From Bacteroides phage DAC17, in the sequence record MT074138.1: a stretch of DNA of 40,000 nucleotides; one strand, 5' to 3'. The notes under the pieces were generated by a model. That model made no database searches. It was not told the origin of the DNA and saw only the letters and a program-made list of their open reading frames with translations. The position numbers and the translations under genes are program-made. This document shows positions 37,701 through 40,000 of the stretch, in pieces (position 1 is the first letter of the stretch; each line of letters begins with the position of its first letter).

Positions 37701-39401
37701 ATAGGCTCAAATCAGTTCCAAGGTAATCTATACCTGTTTACTAATGGTGCTTGGGAAGAGGTTGAATCACCTGTTATAGATGGTACTACATTATACTCAT
37801 TTGCAGGCAATAACTATTATTTAGAGAAGAGGTCAACTAATAGTTACTACACTCTTATAACAAGAGATGATATTACTCCTTTCTATAAGGATGATATTAG
37901 TAGCCTGTTTAGTGCAAGTAGTACAGATGCTACTGCATTCCTAGTTACTGAGTTATACAGAGATAATATAGTTAATAGATTTGGAGGTGATACTGACAAT
38001 GCTTATAGTAATAACATATGGCTCCCAGGAGGGAAGACTGTACCATTAACAACTAATGGAGTTACTATAGTATGGGAACAAGGTGATACCTTCTTCCAGA
38101 GGTATGACCACCTGAAGACTTATCCATTTGATGAGGAGAGTAAGAATAACATTGTTGAGATAGTGTCATTTATGTGTGAGACCAGAGTTAATGCAGATGG
38201 CAGATATGATAGGAATAGAGGACAGAAGAACAACATGTCTATGACTCCTCAGAACTTCAATCTATTCAACCCTGTATATAGCCAGAAGGATAACTTCTTC
38301 ACATATAACTATGCAGACTTGGATTTATCAGCACTGGATAACTTCCCTAACTCAGTTACATGGACTTCTGAAAAGACTAATGGAGCTATTACTGATGCTT
38401 GGACTAGAGTCAATATGGCATCTATACTTGATATGGATGGAGATAAGGGTGAGATTACTTCACTTAATACTCTTAACAATGAGATATACTGTTTTCAGGA
38501 ACAGGGATTAAGTAATATCATCTTCAATCCTAGAGTACAGATTACACCTAGTGATAATGTACCTATTGAGATTAGTAATAGCTATAAAGTACAAGGCAAG
38601 AGGTATGTAAGTAACACTATTGGATGCAATAACAAGTGGTCTATATGCACCACTCCAGCTGGTATATACTTTGTAGATAATATCACAAATACTCTATATC
38701 TGTTCAATGGGCAGGCTATTCAGCCAGTCTCTGATAAACTAGGATATAGACAGTTCATAGGTGCTAATAGTACTCTTGATAACTGGAACCCAGTTAACTT
38801 TAGTAACTTTAGGACCTTCTATGATAAGACTAATAGTGATGTTTATTTCTCAAACAACAACACCAGTCTTTGCTATTCAGAGTTCTTACAACAGTTTATA
38901 TCATTCATGAGCTATGAGCAGATACCTGCCATGTTCAATTATGATGATAAGTTCTACTCCATTAAGAACAATAAGCTGTGGCAGATTAATGGTGGTGACT
39001 ACAATATGTTCTTTGATGAGTTTAAGCCTTATTCATTGACTGTAGTAGCTAATCAGGATGGTGGAATAGACAAGGTATTCAATACTGTAGAGTATAGAGC
39101 TGATATGTATGATGGTGATACATTCATGCCTGATGCTACCTTCAATAAGCTAGATGTGTGGAACAGCTATCAACATGGGCAGCTTACTCTAACTAACAAA
39201 CTAGGACACCCTTCACCATTAAAGAGGAAGTTTAGGATATGGAGAGCTAATATACCTAGAGCTAATACAGAGATTAATGGTATCCCTGCTAATAACAGAG
39301 ATAGAATAAGGAATGCCTGGGCATATGTCAAACTAACTATGGATCAAGAGAATACATATAGTATGAGGTTCCATGACCTTTCTATTGGGTACTACATATA
39401 G
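34740..39401 (+). CDS. 1553-aa tail muzzle/stabilisation-type protein (crAss-like)
   Basis: Very large beta-rich protein following ring proteins; followed by terminator and new promoter. Confidence 0.65.
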   Translation: MIKQEIHQIRGMQRDLTVAKFSPEFAFDAMNIRITARENDTLLAVTNEKGTLNIPLLSNGEPAEILGVTLGYCVIKNYITVFTKGDVDRIYRINRDGDIFNIVTLFEGDLNFNTDYPIQTLGSYENDNIQKVYWVDGINQPRMVNIVADQGEYNSPDKFNFIRDVSVNYTVNVEKDPNGSGSFHSGVIQYALSYYVKYAQESAVFYASPLLYISPDGRGGSLEEICNCTFKVTINDADINFDGVNIYSIQRTSLDATPTVKLITSLPIVKGQELILGVPYIGTGSVTGVTEEGLQVYRNNTLTPLSNYPFTTDSEGNKVWSFTFNTGTDGIFNATSGVNMYNASSMTVRIGPTKNEITFPTNTYTDWSCRLSTSKTISFVDNGSVGTTIDPTELLYKGGEEVIPYTITQKDNTLFLGNLTLKRRSIPEDIRAEIKNLNVGSGSKNSVYVNNSNNAIYPYKGYLNLDSQQATSFKTGETYRLGLIAMHKTGKWSEALPISDEVMTSRVINSFEQWYQLTQFSSLLPASLCQELLDLDYIAVKPVVVFPSYSDRTVLCQGIACPTNYIGDDRKNNSPYAQSSWFARPKLYVDKSVYDVQETTVQGTIPKSGHGDVVGSKTPQSNKYSIEVQSAVRVFVDENIFTFHSPDIEFDEALRPLLSNAKMRVVGLAKTISNAIDYSIVGGNYFRTSHTTNYPYSVVEYDYSKLYNIYNPLGYRRLVAAPLWRDGVIAVNNNPESDEVVTDDRGRLYSAHMTFPWHRDTSLNNDFRGYDGTAILRKKVMSTMLYTSTEYLGYTRYYNFEEDNDTYRTGISGITVVDSNEVTIERIPVPKYSTDSEQAVYQGNYNSVVINTDETSGAISSYALYGAGTSEQDATANWNFFYNNEYMATRTDAGEFPYQTDGWITYPKRFSTDGVSMKYKSTAHAVIRFNNNRLYNPVVLPAISRADQGIYGTVTPNYPPVSNTITINYKSSTQPIGALSGQRWFKLIGSNQFQGNLYLFTNGAWEEVESPVIDGTTLYSFAGNNYYLEKRSTNSYYTLITRDDITPFYKDDISSLFSASSTDATAFLVTELYRDNIVNRFGGDTDNAYSNNIWLPGGKTVPLTTNGVTIVWEQGDTFFQRYDHLKTYPFDEESKNNIVEIVSFMCETRVNADGRYDRNRGQKNNMSMTPQNFNLFNPVYSQKDNFFTYNYADLDLSALDNFPNSVTWTSEKTNGAITDAWTRVNMASILDMDGDKGEITSLNTLNNEIYCFQEQGLSNIIFNPRVQITPSDNVPIEISNSYKVQGKRYVSNTIGCNNKWSICTTPAGIYFVDNITNTLYLFNGQAIQPVSDKLGYRQFIGANSTLDNWNPVNFSNFRTFYDKTNSDVYFSNNNTSLCYSEFLQQFISFMSYEQIPAMFNYDDKFYSIKNNKLWQINGGDYNMFFDEFKPYSLTVVANQDGGIDKVFNTVEYRADMYDGDTFMPDATFNKLDVWNSYQHGQLTLTNKLGHPSPLKRKFRIWRANIPRANTEINGIPANNRDRIRNAWAYVKLTMDQENTYSMRFHDLSIGYYI

Positions 39402-39409
39402 ACTTCATA

Positions 39410-39450
39410 AGACCAGATAAACTAATTTAGTTGTCTGGTCTTTCTTTTTT
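39410..39450 (+). terminator. Intrinsic terminator agaccaga...tctggtct-ttcttttt
   Basis: 8-bp perfect stem and T tract. Confidence 0.85.
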
Positions 39451-39460
39451 AATTAATTGC

Positions 39461-39491
39461 TTGTGTATGTGTAGGAATTTACTTACTTTTG
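39461..39491 (+). promoter_or_regulatory. Bacteroidetes-type promoter (-33 TTG 39461-39463, -7 TACTTTTG 39484-39491)
   Basis: TTG-N20-TACTTTTGCA. Confidence 0.8.
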
Positions 39492-39510
39492 CACTAAAAG
39501 ATTTAATAGT

Positions 39511-40000
39511 ATGGCTAAAAGAAAACATAATAAGAGGGTTGTACCTATAGTAATAGAGGACTCTAACCAATATTTATTAGGTGGAGTGCTTGGTGGTTTA
39601 TCTTCTATGGCATCTAATGCTGTATCTGGTGGCAAGTCTACTGGAGTAGGTGGAGCTATGCAGGCTGTAGGTAGTTTAGCCTCTAACATCCCTGGCATTG
39701 GTGGAGTTATTGGTGCTGGTGTCAATGTACTTGGAGGTGTAGTTAATAACCTATTTGGAAGTAAATTGAATGATGAATTCATTCAAGAAACTGAAGCAGG
39801 TGCAGCTGATTTAAGAGATACTAAGATTGATGATAGTACAGTCCAATCAGTATTACAACAGCAAGGAGATATAAGAGGAATGGGTACTGTATCTAAAGAC
39901 CAAGTAGGTAAGGATGGAGTATTCAGTAATAAGGCTGCTAAGAAGACAAGACAGCTTAATAAGAAGATAGCTGATGCTAATACTGTACTTAACTTAAACA
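39511..40000 (+). CDS. Partial ORF, glycine-rich hydrophobic N-terminal region, runs off window (absent from ORF track)
   Basis: MAKRKHNKRVVPIVIEDSNQYLLGGVLGGLSSMASNAVSGGKSTGVGGAMQAVGSLASNIPGIGGVIGAGVNVLGGVVNNLFGSK... Confidence 0.75.
   Translation, partial: MAKRKHNKRVVPIVIEDSNQYLLGGVLGGLSSMASNAVSGGKSTGVGGAMQAVGSLASNIPGIGGVIGAGVNVLGGVVNNLFGSKLNDEFIQETEAGAADLRDTKIDDSTVQSVLQQQGDIRGMGTVSKDQVGKDGVFSNKAAKKTRQLNKKIADANTVLNLN

Noticed and set aside
1-40000. Alternative genetic code (TAG or TGA recoding) known in some crAss-like phages
   Set aside because: Long ORFs are uninterrupted under the standard code, TAG is used as a terminal stop (e.g. 1956-2378, 6765-7058) and no CTA/TTA/TCA-anticodon tRNA was found. 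The TAA at 22536 looks like a local event.
1-40000. CRISPR array or diversity-generating retroelement
   Set aside because: No regularly spaced identical direct repeats; no reverse transcriptase motif or TR/VR pair recognised near the fibre genes.

Overview
The window looks like about 40 kb of a crAss-like (Crassvirales) phage genome, inferred from protein content and Bacteroidetes-type promoters. It reads from a divergent non-coding/early region (1-1955), through a tRNA array of about 13 genes (2603-6098) with an HNH ORF in it, into the packaging and structural block. That block holds large terminase with an intein, free-standing GIY-YIG endonuclease, portal, head/tail fibre block, probable lysis cassette, scaffold-like protein, major capsid, auxiliary/head-tail connector proteins and a 1553-aa tail protein. 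The items most worth a second look are: (1) a 346-aa LAGLIDADG intein splitting the terminase Walker A motif, with Ala1 and all three WCT residues of the unusual class 3 splicing mechanism; (2) nine near-identical promoters, TTG-N20/21-TAnnTTTG(CA), that map transcription units and correct one start codon; (3) an unusual 698-bp non-coding region with a d(GCGAAGC)-type mini-hairpin and repeated elements upstream of minus-strand genes; (4) two Leu-anticodon tRNAs with short variable loops and one apparently decaying Ala-like tRNA; (5) a GroES-like protein, a minimal HExxH protease-like protein and a shared N-terminal module in adjacent fibre genes; (6) an in-frame TAA interrupting the 5' end of a fibre gene. 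No CRISPR array, reverse transcriptase/DGR or obvious anti-defence island was seen. All homology calls are from motif recognition, without database searches.
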